Source: Rhodothermales bacterium
GTDB taxonomy: Bacteria > Bacteroidota > Rhodothermia > Rhodothermales > JABDKH01
Length of the DNA: 64,000 bases
Direction of reading: 5' to 3'
NCBI GenBank assembly: GCA_963768565.1
Contig: CAVYIO010000038.1
Coordinates: 115,233 to 179,232 of the forward strand
Notes under the pieces: generated by a model
Database searches by the model: none
The model's input: only the letters and a program-made list of their open reading frames with translations
Told to the model about the DNA's origin: nothing
Program-made: the position numbers and the translations under genes
Shown: positions 19,468-28,780 of the stretch, piece after piece
Layout: each line of letters opens with the position of its first letter
Position numbering within the stretch: position 1 is the stretch's first letter

Positions 19468-20052
19468 TCAGGCCATCTCCTTCGTTATCGTCGTTTCCGT
19501 CAGCATAGCCATCGTCTGCGTACGCCCGCACGTCTCCTCGACACAATTGAGCAACGATGAGTATCTCCGACCGACGTGGCGTGCGAGCACCTTGTATACC
19601 GCAGCGCCGGCAGATGGACTTCTGTTCAGCACGGCATTCAGGTCCGGGCGAAAAAGCCCCAGGAGTACGGTGTCCGCCCTTGATTGCGCGGACTCGGTTC
19701 GGCGCAGATCTTCAAAAACGGACAGAACACCGAAAATATCCCCTTCGCCAAGTTCAGCGATATCAACATCTCGGTCGTCTTCGTCTCTCCGCGCGAGGCG
19801 AACGCGCCCGTCACCGATCAGATAAAGGCCAAGTCCCGGATCATTCTCGTAGTAGATATACTCGTCGCGCTTGAAGCGACGCTCGTGCATAACCTCCGCC
19901 ACACGTACCAGATGCCTCTTCGGCATATCGCCGAACACGGGCGAGCTGCGAAGTGCATGGACGCGTGAACGAATCCGCTCATCGTCGTCTCTTGTGAATA
20001 GTCGCCTGTGGAAGCGACGAAGACCCTCTGTAAATCTCTGCAACGTGGTCAT
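19468..20052 (-). CDS. Cyclic nucleotide-binding domain protein
   Basis: cNMP-binding fold (YIYYENDPGLGLYLIGDGRVRL...GEGDIFG). The start is taken at MTTLQRF. Confidence 0.6.
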   Translation of the reverse strand: MTTLQRFTEGLRRFHRRLFTRDDDERIRSRVHALRSSPVFGDMPKRHLVRVAEVMHERRFKRDEYIYYENDPGLGLYLIGDGRVRLARRDEDDRDVDIAELGEGDIFGVLSVFEDLRRTESAQSRADTVLLGLFRPDLNAVLNRSPSAGAAVYKVLARHVGRRYSSLLNCVEETCGRTQTMAMLTETTITKEMA

Positions 20053-20082
20053 GTGACAATCTAATCTCACCGAGAGTACAGC

Positions 20083-22677
20083 TCAGAACGTATGCCCGAT
20101 CCCAAAATGTAACCGAGGCTTGTTCCAGCGATCGACAAAGAACGATTTCGCGGCCGGGTCGTGCACGCGATACGCGAAATCGAGTCGTGCGATAAAGTAC
20201 TCCCACGACAGCCGTAACCCAACACCGCCGCCAACACCGAGCTCACGAACGAGTCTTTCAGGCCGAAAACGCCCGTCGTCATTTCCACGGCCCTCCAGAT
20301 CCAGTCCGGGATTCCGTGGTCCGAACCATACGTTCCCGGCGTCCACGAACGGTGTCAGAATCCAGTCGGCTGCAAAGAGGTTGCGAATTATCGTCTGGCG
20401 AAACTCCACGCTCACCTCGACCTTCACATCACCACCAAAAATATTGGCTTCGGATGTGGCATCTTCCGATGACAGTTGTGCAGTGCCCGGTCCGAGGTCA
20501 CCCAGTCCCCAGCCGCGAACGCTGAATGCGCCGCCTGCAAAGAAGCGCTTGTCGAATGGTACAATATCGGAACGGCCTGTGGGGTGGGAGAATCCAGCAA
20601 ACGCCTTCCAGGCAAATACCAGGCTCCGTGTCCAGGGGTGGTACTGACGGACATCCGTGACGAGCTTCAGATACGGGCGGTAGATGAGTCTGGTCTCGTT
20701 CGCACCACCGAAGAATGGAAGGCCGGGCAGGCTCCCCTCAACGGAATCCGGAGTGAACACGGCTCGGTCCAATAGAGACGGCAGATTGCCCCCGACTTCA
20801 ACCGACCATTCGTACGAGTGGCCGCGATCACGACGCAGCGGATTGGCGGTCAGCGAAATCAGCGTATATCGAAGGGCATTGTTGATCTGCGGTTTCGTGT
20901 AGTCCTCCAGGATCCGGGCCTGTTGTATCGGATCCGACACGGCGCCCAGGACGGGCTCAAGGAAGTCTTCGTTGAAACCACTCAGTGTATCCGGGTTGCT
21001 CAGGCTGACGTCGATCAGATCCAGGATGGAAGTGACACTTCGTGAGTGTTGCAGTTCAAGCCGCAACTGTGCCGTGCCGCGGCCACGAACGATCAGTTTC
21101 AATTCGTCGCGGCGAGCCGCGAGAAGACTGAACGAGATCCTGGATCGGACGTCGTAGAATCGCCCGATCCGTTCGACAAACCGGAACGGTCTGATGACGT
21201 ACGGCAGATTGACTGTGGCTTCGATTTCGCCCTGCGTCGACCTGAAGAGCCTGAAATCGCTGTTCGCTGCGATTGACGTCGTACCGCGTAACTGAAACGC
21301 TTCGCCTTTGCCAAAAAGATTGGCGTTCCGGTACGTTACTCCAAAGCCCATCCCCAGATCAGAATCAGTATTGCCGAGGAGTCCGGTGCGTTGTAGAACG
21401 AAGGTCTCCAGACGAATCTGGTGCCGCTGCCGCGTCCGCAACTCGATAAGATGTGACAGGTCTGGCACCTGGGCTCCGACCGTATCAGGAATAAGCACCT
21501 GCACATCGGTAAAAGCGAAGACACCAGACTTCTCCAGGCGACGTTTCGTGTCCGTGACCCGTGACTGGTCGTACCATTCACCCGGTTCGAACTGCAGTGA
21601 GCGAAGCAGCAATCCGTTGCTGAGTTTCCGTTCTGAAAAGATGGTTGACGTGATTGAGTACGTCCTTCCGGTGTCACTGCCGTTCGTTACGTCGAACGTG
21701 TCACGTCGCACCGTGTCGACCGACTCCGGACCGTTAACAACAAAATCCACATCGGCAAATCGGAATCTCTTACCCGGGCGGATGCGGAATCGAATGTCAA
21801 AGGAGTCGCGTCCGACCGGAAAGACAATCGCGCGAATCGAGTCTCGGGTGGCAAGTGCGTACCCTCGATTGAGAAGTGAATTCAGAATTCGTCGTCGTTC
21901 TGCAAGCAGCTTCGATTCCGAGTAGCGCTCGCCGCGAGCGCGAAACGCCAGCCGTCCCTGCTGTCCCGGACTGCTACGTTTCTGGATGAGAGATCTGCGA
22001 AGAATCCGTCGTGCATACGCCTCATCAACATCATCCAGACCGTCGAATTCCACATCGCGGATATACGCAGGGTAGCCCGGGTCGATGTGAAACTCGATCT
22101 CCAGGTGTTCGCCTGACCGAGATGTGATTACACGAGTGGTGATGTTTGCATGGCGATATCCTTCCTGCTGGTAGAACAGTCTCAGTCGATCGGCATCCGC
22201 GGCTACCACACTTGAATCTATATAAGCGGGCGGCTCCCCGGCAGACATCAGCGCTCGACTCAGTCCTTTTCCCAACTTTCCCGATTCACCCAGTCGATAC
22301 AGGCCGAGCCACCACCTGATTCCTGTCCAGGGTCCCAGCAGTTCTCGGTTCGCGACGGACCGCACCCGCAGGCCGAGCGCCTCCCGCGAAAACACGAGGT
22401 CGCCAATGAAGCGGATGTCGGTGACAATAGCTGCAGGCTGCGGGTCGTCCGGCTGACCATCCTGTCCTCTCGCCGGTATGACAGTGAGCAGCAGAAACAA
22501 GAGAGCAGTCGATGTACGTCTTTGCGTACGGAGATGCCCTGCGAAGAGGCGGAATTCGGCGGGGAACCGATGGAAATGGGAACCGGCAGACGGAGGAGTG
22601 CGGACTAAAGTCTGAGACTCACACACTACTCGTCTTCGTAGTAGAAATCGTCGTCTGCTGTCGGGAAGTCCGGCCAC
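20083..22677 (-). CDS. bamA: Outer membrane protein assembly factor BamA (Omp85)
   Basis: 864 aa with a signal peptide (TALLFLLLTVIPARGQ), POTRA-like repeats and a C-terminal surface-antigen beta-barrel. The listed start overlaps the DUF2795 gene, so the true start is probably downstream of 22626. Confidence 0.85.
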   Translation of the reverse strand: MAGLPDSRRRFLLRRRVVCESQTLVRTPPSAGSHFHRFPAEFRLFAGHLRTQRRTSTALLFLLLTVIPARGQDGQPDDPQPAAIVTDIRFIGDLVFSREALGLRVRSVANRELLGPWTGIRWWLGLYRLGESGKLGKGLSRALMSAGEPPAYIDSSVVAADADRLRLFYQQEGYRHANITTRVITSRSGEHLEIEFHIDPGYPAYIRDVEFDGLDDVDEAYARRILRRSLIQKRSSPGQQGRLAFRARGERYSESKLLAERRRILNSLLNRGYALATRDSIRAIVFPVGRDSFDIRFRIRPGKRFRFADVDFVVNGPESVDTVRRDTFDVTNGSDTGRTYSITSTIFSERKLSNGLLLRSLQFEPGEWYDQSRVTDTKRRLEKSGVFAFTDVQVLIPDTVGAQVPDLSHLIELRTRQRHQIRLETFVLQRTGLLGNTDSDLGMGFGVTYRNANLFGKGEAFQLRGTTSIAANSDFRLFRSTQGEIEATVNLPYVIRPFRFVERIGRFYDVRSRISFSLLAARRDELKLIVRGRGTAQLRLELQHSRSVTSILDLIDVSLSNPDTLSGFNEDFLEPVLGAVSDPIQQARILEDYTKPQINNALRYTLISLTANPLRRDRGHSYEWSVEVGGNLPSLLDRAVFTPDSVEGSLPGLPFFGGANETRLIYRPYLKLVTDVRQYHPWTRSLVFAWKAFAGFSHPTGRSDIVPFDKRFFAGGAFSVRGWGLGDLGPGTAQLSSEDATSEANIFGGDVKVEVSVEFRQTIIRNLFAADWILTPFVDAGNVWFGPRNPGLDLEGRGNDDGRFRPERLVRELGVGGGVGLRLSWEYFIARLDFAYRVHDPAAKSFFVDRWNKPRLHFGIGHTF

Positions 22678-22844
22678 ACCTCCTCAATGCTTTCATAGGG
22701 TTCGCCGTCGTCCTCTATTGCAGTGAGGTTTTCGACGACTTCGGAAGGTGATCCGGTACGCTCCGCATAGTCGATCAACTCCTCTTTGGTCGCGGGCCAC
22801 GGAGCATCTTCCAGATACGTAGCAAGTTCTAGTGTCCAATACAT
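22626..22844 (-). CDS. DUF2795 domain protein
   Basis: 72 aa with ...PATKEELIDYAERTGSPSEVVENLTAI..., which is typical of DUF2795. Confidence 0.6.
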   Translation of the reverse strand: MYWTLELATYLEDAPWPATKEELIDYAERTGSPSEVVENLTAIEDDGEPYESIEEVWPDFPTADDDFYYEDE

Positions 22845-22990
22845 GTGCTGAAGTTCAGTCTGTGGCGATCAGCCTTCGTCTCACCCCAGACAAGAAACAT
22901 TGACGAACGACGGACAATAGGCTCTCGATTCAAGAAAAACAAGAGCGAAATGCCGATCCGGTGGGACACGCCCGTTTCTGTAGATTACCC

Positions 22991-23029
22991 AAAAAAGAAA
23001 GGGTTCCCACCTGAGGTGAGAACCCTTTC
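22991..23029 (-). terminator. Rho-independent terminator after the M23 peptidase gene
   Basis: 10-bp perfect stem GAAAGGGTTC/GAACCCTTTC with a 13-nt loop. On the minus strand it is followed by TTTTTT (plus-strand AAAAAA at 22991-96), 20 nt past the stop. Confidence 0.6.
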
Positions 23030-23048
23030 AAAAATCAATCGGTCGGGA

Positions 23049-24170
23049 TCAGTCCAGAGAAACCTCGCCCTGCTGTGACTCGGCAAGCAGTTTCTCATAC
23101 TCGGCCGGCGTCATGCTCGGAGCAAAGAAGAATACCGGGTTAAACGGTTTGCCCTGATCGTCGCGCACCTCGTAGTGGAGATGCGGTGCTTTCGACAAAC
23201 CCGTGTTTCCGCTCTTGCCTATCAGGTCACCTCGCTTGACGCGTCGACCACTGCGAATTCCCTCAGGGATCTCGGAGAGATGGGCATAGGTCGTAACGTA
23301 GCCGATGCTCGGGTGACTCAGCCGGACGTACTTGCCCAGTCCGCCGCCCCGGCCTGTTTCCTTAATGACGCCGTCGCCCGGTGCAACGACATCCGAGCCT
23401 TTCGGGACGAGAATGTCTACGCCGCGATGCGGCCGCACAATCTTGAGAATGGGATGACGCCTCATTCCGTATCCAGAAACAACCGGACCGTCTGCCGGGA
23501 GAATCGCCGGCATCTCTTCCAACTGCCGCTTGTGTTCTCCGGCGATTACGGTGAGTTCGCGATAGCTGGCACCCTGGAGACTGATCTGGCGCTCAAGCTG
23601 ATCGATAGTTTGTGCGGACTCCCGCAGCAACGTCGCGGTTTCGCGACCGAAGCCGGTGTAGGCCCTGTAGGCGTCGGTGCCACCGACACCCGCCTGCCGA
23701 ATATCCTGAGAGATAGGTGTGGCCTGAAGCAGGGAGCGATACAGTTCCTGATCCGAATCCGAGAGCTCGGCGAGCTCAACCTGCACGGCCTTCATGCGCT
23801 CTCCTATCGTCGTCAGGTGATCTCGAAGAGCTTCGTTTTCGGACTCGAGTGCTAATTCCTGAGGCGTGCTGAAGAGGCGATCCAGGCCGAGCGTAAAGAG
23901 GCTTGCGAGAAACAGGGCCAGCAGCGTAAACGCTGTGAATCTAACTACCCGATCACGAACGCTGGGCTCGAGCTCGACGAAGACGCATGCTTCGGGATCG
24001 TAGTAGTAGCGTTTTCCTCTCTGCATGTTTCTTGTGGCCGTCAAGCGCGATAACGCAACCTGAATGTCATTGGAGGGGGTTTTGACACTGGCGTGCTTGA
24101 GGGTCGGCGTTGGCTCCGGGTGCTCCATCGTGGGCACGTCCGCGGAATCGGCCAGCTTCCTCCACCTCAT
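23049..24170 (-). CDS. M23 family peptidoglycan metalloendopeptidase (membrane-anchored)
   Basis: HRGVDI...LSHPSIGYVTTYAHL...GNTGLSKAPHLHYEV. There is an N-terminal TM helix. Confidence 0.85.
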   Translation of the reverse strand: MRWRKLADSADVPTMEHPEPTPTLKHASVKTPSNDIQVALSRLTATRNMQRGKRYYYDPEACVFVELEPSVRDRVVRFTAFTLLALFLASLFTLGLDRLFSTPQELALESENEALRDHLTTIGERMKAVQVELAELSDSDQELYRSLLQATPISQDIRQAGVGGTDAYRAYTGFGRETATLLRESAQTIDQLERQISLQGASYRELTVIAGEHKRQLEEMPAILPADGPVVSGYGMRRHPILKIVRPHRGVDILVPKGSDVVAPGDGVIKETGRGGGLGKYVRLSHPSIGYVTTYAHLSEIPEGIRSGRRVKRGDLIGKSGNTGLSKAPHLHYEVRDDQGKPFNPVFFFAPSMTPAEYEKLLAESQQGEVSLD

Positions 24171-24479
24171 ACGTCCGTGACTCGGCTGCCAGGTTGTAGA
24201 AACGAACCGTAAATATAGCAGTCGGGGCCCGGCCAGTCAACGGGACAATTGACCTGACAAGTCGCTGAGAATGGCTGATAGAAGCGGCCGGAGTCATAGA
24301 TCATTTCACCCGGCCGCGCGGTCGCCGATTATCGCCGTTAGCCCGGCCGAGGGTGAGCATTACTTTGGGCGGTCCCTACACACAAGACTATCGGTCAACC
24401 GGCGCCGATATTAAGGTATTGCGGGTCGCGAGATGTCAGGACGGCCCGGGCTCAACCCGGGCAGCGGGCCGATCCACGC

Positions 24480-25148
24480 CTAGTTTCTGGGTCGGTCCGA
24501 CCTTTCGGCGGCCCGCGAGATTTGACCGGGATTGTTGGATGGTTTCGGAAGAATTTCCTCCATTCTTTCTGATTCCATCATCCGGTCGCTGGATAATCCG
24601 CCGGATCGGCCTTCCTCGGAGGCGAGAACCGCCACGTCATTGGACCACCCGTGCGAGTTCTCGCGCGCACCGTCCCCGGCGGCCAGCTCATCACGAGCGG
24701 GCTCAGGCCCAGCCATGCCTGTATGCGACCGCGCATTGTCCAATTCGAGCCTGGCCTCGCGCCGGCGACTTTCCAGAAGGTCGAAGAAATCCTCGTTCCC
24801 GACGCGGAGACGTACATCACCGGAAGAGCCCTCCTCCACCACCAGCCTGGCCGCCCGTGCGGATCCATTCAGAACGGCTGTGGAACGCAGCGTAAGCGTG
24901 TTTGAGACTATAAGTTCGCCGTCGACGCTGCCTGCGATAATGGCCTCACGCGCGTTCAACGTGCCTGCCACGGACGCGCCGGCAGCGACTACGACTCTGC
25001 CGCCGACCTGGATCTCTCCTTCGAGCGTTCCTCGAACCGTCAAATCATGAGCAACCGTGAACGTCCCGCCCCGGATCTCCGTGTGACGACTCAGTACGGT
25101 TACGTCATCGTCGGGGGCTCTCTGCGAATCTGTTTGAGACATCGTCAC
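24480..25148 (-). CDS. Bactofilin (DUF583) cytoskeletal protein
   Basis: Repetitive beta-helix pattern (G.I.G.V.V.G...) with disordered termini. Confidence 0.8.
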   Translation of the reverse strand: MTMSQTDSQRAPDDDVTVLSRHTEIRGGTFTVAHDLTVRGTLEGEIQVGGRVVVAAGASVAGTLNAREAIIAGSVDGELIVSNTLTLRSTAVLNGSARAARLVVEEGSSGDVRLRVGNEDFFDLLESRRREARLELDNARSHTGMAGPEPARDELAAGDGARENSHGWSNDVAVLASEEGRSGGLSSDRMMESERMEEILPKPSNNPGQISRAAERSDRPRN

Positions 25149-25232
25149 ACTAATGTTTCGTTTGCGCGATCAAAGCGCCGTCGCGGCATATTGCGCCTAC
25201 CCAAGTAAACGAATCGAAACCTCGAATTCCAC

Positions 25233-25670
25233 TCAGCTCGCTCCCCCCGAGCCTCCGTCTTCACGGACCACAAGCTCGTCAGGGAGGTCGTTTCGCTGCG
25301 GCTCCGGATTGATCAACCCACCGGTTAATGGCGTCTCGAAAGCGGTCAGGAAGGGCGCTATCGCCGAAAACAGAAGCTCTTGCTGGAACTCAATAAAGTC
25401 GTCGTCAAAGCCTCCACCGGGAGCCTGATGGCCTTCAATATCGAGGTATAGTGTCCGCGGCCAGCCCGGATACGTGGCTTGAGCTTCCAGAACTAGCCTG
25501 AAAAGGGTCTTCGCAGCCACTTCGAAAGTCTCCTCAGGCTGCACGATGTGATAGATCGACACCGAGTTGTCGAAGTTCATCGTGACTCCCGGACTGTCCG
25601 GTTTCCGGTACTCCGGAATGTAGTGCGGATCACTCATGGGTCTGAACAGCTGGCTTCTGGAGATCGGCAA
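25233..25670 (-). CDS. Hypothetical protein (alternative start at 25637)
   Basis: The ORF lies between uvrA and the bactofilin gene on the same strand. No recognisable domain. Confidence 0.4.
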   Translation of the reverse strand: MPISRSQLFRPMSDPHYIPEYRKPDSPGVTMNFDNSVSIYHIVQPEETFEVAAKTLFRLVLEAQATYPGWPRTLYLDIEGHQAPGGGFDDDFIEFQQELLFSAIAPFLTAFETPLTGGLINPEPQRNDLPDELVVREDGGSGGAS

Positions 25671-25705
25671 TACTCCGGCCGAGACCAGGCCTCGCCGCCA
25701 GGATA

Positions 25706-28663
25706 TTACGAGACCAGTTCATCCTCTTCTTGCTCCTCTTCCTCGATCACTTCGGGCTCAGAGTCATCGTCGTCTACCCGGAGGTCTTCCAGCGAAAATT
25801 GCATTTCCTGCGTCTCGTCAACAATCTGACTTCGCTGAAGCTCTTGATTCAGCACCTGTCCCGTCGCGGAGTTCTCCGTGGCCAGTTGCTCGGGGGTGCC
25901 GGAGAACATGATTTGCCCGCCAGCCTCACCACCCGCGGGACCCAGATCCACGACATAATCTGCCACCTTCACCACGTCCATATTGTGTTCAATGACGAGC
26001 ACGGTATTGCCCTTGTCGACAAGCGCCTGCAGAACGTGCAGCAAATTACGGATGTCTTCGAAGTGGAGACCGGTGGTCGGCTCATCGAGGAGGTACAGCG
26101 TGCTGCCCGTGCCGGGCCGCGACAACTCCTTCGACAGTTTTACTCGCTGAGCCTCACCGCCCGAAAGCGTCGTAGCCTGCTGGCCCAGACGGATGTATCC
26201 AAGTCCGACGGCATTCAGGGTTCGGAGTCTTCGTTCGATTCGGGGGACATGCTTGAAGATCTCCAGCGCCTCGGAGACGGTCATGTCCAGCACATCGGCG
26301 ATACTGCATCCCCGGTGTCGCACCTCCAGGGTCTCCGCGTTGTAACGCTTGCCCTTGCACGTCTCACACTCGACGTAGACGTCAGGCAGGAAGTTCATTT
26401 CGAGCTTGATGATGCCGGCCCCGCGACACGTCTCACACCTGCCTCCTTTCACATTGAATGAGAACCGACCCGGCTTGTACCCTCGTATCTGGGACTCCGG
26501 CTGCAGGGCAAACAGATCGCGAATGTTCGTGAAGAGTCCCGTGTACGTGGCGGGATTCGAGCGTGGCGTACGGCCGATCGGACTCTGATCAATGTCGATG
26601 ACTTTATCGATGTACTCCGTTCCCTCGACGGACGCATGTGGGAGTGCGATCTCCTGCGATCGGTGATAAAGGTTCGCCAGAACCGGGTAAAGCGTTTGAT
26701 TGACAAGTGTGGATTTTCCCGACCCGGAGACACCGGTAACCGCCACGAAAGTCCCGAGCGGAATCGACAGCGCATCACCTTTCAGGTTGTGTCCGCGAGC
26801 GCCCTTCAGAACAAGACTGCGACCTGTACCTGCTCGGCGTTCCGCCGGCACACCGATTGTTCGCCGACCTTTGAGATACGCCGTTGTCAAACTGACGGCT
26901 CCATTCTTTCGCAGAGGAAGCCGTCCCGGCTTTGACGACCCCATTACGTATCCGCCCAGCTCGCCCGCGCCGGGTCCAAGATCGACGACGTGATCCGCGA
27001 CTTCGATCATCTCCCGGTCGTGCTCGACGACGAGGACCGAATTGCCGAGGTCGCGCAAGCGCTTCAGTGAATCGATGAGCTGGCTGTTGTCTGCCGGGTG
27101 AAGTCCGATGCTGGGTTCATCGAGGACGTAGAGCACACCGACGAGCTGGGTACCGATCTGGGTTGCGAGCCGAATGCGCTGACTCTCCCCACCCGACAGG
27201 GATCGGGCCGGCCGATCCAGGTTCAGATAACCGACACCCACGTTCAGCAAAAAATCCAGTCGTTCCGAGATCTCTTTCACGATCGGCCGTGCGATAACCG
27301 ACTGACGCTTCTCCAGCTTTGCGTCGTCAAAGAAGGTCCTCAGCGTCTGGAGGTCCATCTCCACAAGCTCGGAGATGTTTTTTCCGCCAACCCGAAACGA
27401 CAAACTTTCTTTTCGCAGTCGCCCGCCACCGCATTCGGGACACGGAAGTTGCTGCATGTACGACTCGGCCCACTTCCTTGACGATTGGGATGAAGTCTGT
27501 TCATACGTATGCCAGAGGTGACCGAAAACGCCGTTGAACCTGTGCTTGTACTGGACCTCTCGATCCTTGTAGCGGTAGACGATGTCAAACTGTTCATCAC
27601 CCGCACCGCGAAGTATTACTTCCAGCTGCTCCGCGCTAAGCTGGCCGAGGGGTGTCCCGAAGTCAAATGCGTACCGCTCCCCGACCGCGGTAAGCTGACT
27701 GAAGATCCACACGTCCCTTGGCTTGCCAAGCGGCGCAAGACCTCCATCCTGAATCGAGAGCGACGGGTCGGGAATCACCATCTGCTCCGAGAGCTCCCTC
27801 TTCGTTCCCAGTCCGTTGCAGTCCGGACAGGCCCCATACGGCGAATTGAAGGAGAACGTGTTCGGCGAAGGATCGTCGTAGGAGATTCCGTCTTCCGCAG
27901 AGAAAAGATGGCGACTGAACAGGCGGTCACCGTCGTCCGCGTCTCCGTTCACGACACTGGCGATCAATGTGCCGCTACCCATTCCGAGTGCCGACTCTAC
28001 CGACTGAGCGACGCGTGCCCTCACCCCTTCCTTGATGACGATGCGATCAACCACCACCTCAATGTTGTGGGTCTTGTAGCGATCCAGCTTCATTCCCTTC
28101 TTGATCTGCACCACCTCGCCATCGACGCGTACGCGCTCGAAGCCCTGCCCGGCGATCTGCTCGAACAGCTCGCGGTAGTGTCCCTTGCGACCGCGCACAA
28201 CGGGTGCGAGAATCAAAACCCGCGAGCCCGATTTCAGGTCTCCAATGCCATCGATAATCTCGTCGTCCGACTGCCTCCGCATCGGCAGACCCGAGATCCA
28301 CGAGTGGGCCGTCCCGGCCCTGGCAAAAAGAAGACGCAGAAAGTCGTAGATCTCCGTGACGGTGCCTACGGTGGACCTCGGGTTTCGACTGACCGTCTTT
28401 TGTTCGATCGCAATTACAGGAGACAGGCCGTCGATATGGTCCACATCGGGCCGCTCCATCATTCCGAGAAACTGCCGTGCGTATGCACTGAGGCTTTCCA
28501 TATAACGCCGCTGGCCTTCGGCGTATATCGTGTCGAACGCAAGGCTTGACTTGCCGGAACCCGAGAGGCCTGTAATCACGACGAGCTTATTCCGCGGGAT
28601 GTCGAGATCGATATCCTTCAGATTGTGCTCGCGGGCACCTCGAATGATGATCCGGTCGTGCAT
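25706..28663 (-). CDS. uvrA: Excinuclease ABC subunit A
   Basis: Two ABC ATPase modules, zinc fingers and the signature motifs. The start is taken at MHDRIIIRGAREHNLK. There is an unusual ~35-aa acidic C-terminal tail. Confidence 0.9.
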   Translation of the reverse strand: MHDRIIIRGAREHNLKDIDLDIPRNKLVVITGLSGSGKSSLAFDTIYAEGQRRYMESLSAYARQFLGMMERPDVDHIDGLSPVIAIEQKTVSRNPRSTVGTVTEIYDFLRLLFARAGTAHSWISGLPMRRQSDDEIIDGIGDLKSGSRVLILAPVVRGRKGHYRELFEQIAGQGFERVRVDGEVVQIKKGMKLDRYKTHNIEVVVDRIVIKEGVRARVAQSVESALGMGSGTLIASVVNGDADDGDRLFSRHLFSAEDGISYDDPSPNTFSFNSPYGACPDCNGLGTKRELSEQMVIPDPSLSIQDGGLAPLGKPRDVWIFSQLTAVGERYAFDFGTPLGQLSAEQLEVILRGAGDEQFDIVYRYKDREVQYKHRFNGVFGHLWHTYEQTSSQSSRKWAESYMQQLPCPECGGGRLRKESLSFRVGGKNISELVEMDLQTLRTFFDDAKLEKRQSVIARPIVKEISERLDFLLNVGVGYLNLDRPARSLSGGESQRIRLATQIGTQLVGVLYVLDEPSIGLHPADNSQLIDSLKRLRDLGNSVLVVEHDREMIEVADHVVDLGPGAGELGGYVMGSSKPGRLPLRKNGAVSLTTAYLKGRRTIGVPAERRAGTGRSLVLKGARGHNLKGDALSIPLGTFVAVTGVSGSGKSTLVNQTLYPVLANLYHRSQEIALPHASVEGTEYIDKVIDIDQSPIGRTPRSNPATYTGLFTNIRDLFALQPESQIRGYKPGRFSFNVKGGRCETCRGAGIIKLEMNFLPDVYVECETCKGKRYNAETLEVRHRGCSIADVLDMTVSEALEIFKHVPRIERRLRTLNAVGLGYIRLGQQATTLSGGEAQRVKLSKELSRPGTGSTLYLLDEPTTGLHFEDIRNLLHVLQALVDKGNTVLVIEHNMDVVKVADYVVDLGPAGGEAGGQIMFSGTPEQLATENSATGQVLNQELQRSQIVDETQEMQFSLEDLRVDDDDSEPEVIEEEEQEEDELVS

Positions 28664-28780
28664 CAGGCGTGGTCTGTTCGGGCTTGGGGCGGGGACGGAA
28701 TATCTTGTGTCGAACCGGACCACATAGTCTTCGTTCCTAGATGTGGCCGGCAAACATCCGAGAGCAAAGGTCGACACAGC

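Noticed and set aside
27509-28549. 346-aa ORF antisense to uvrA
   Set aside because: It is internal to uvrA on the opposite strand and has shadow-ORF composition.
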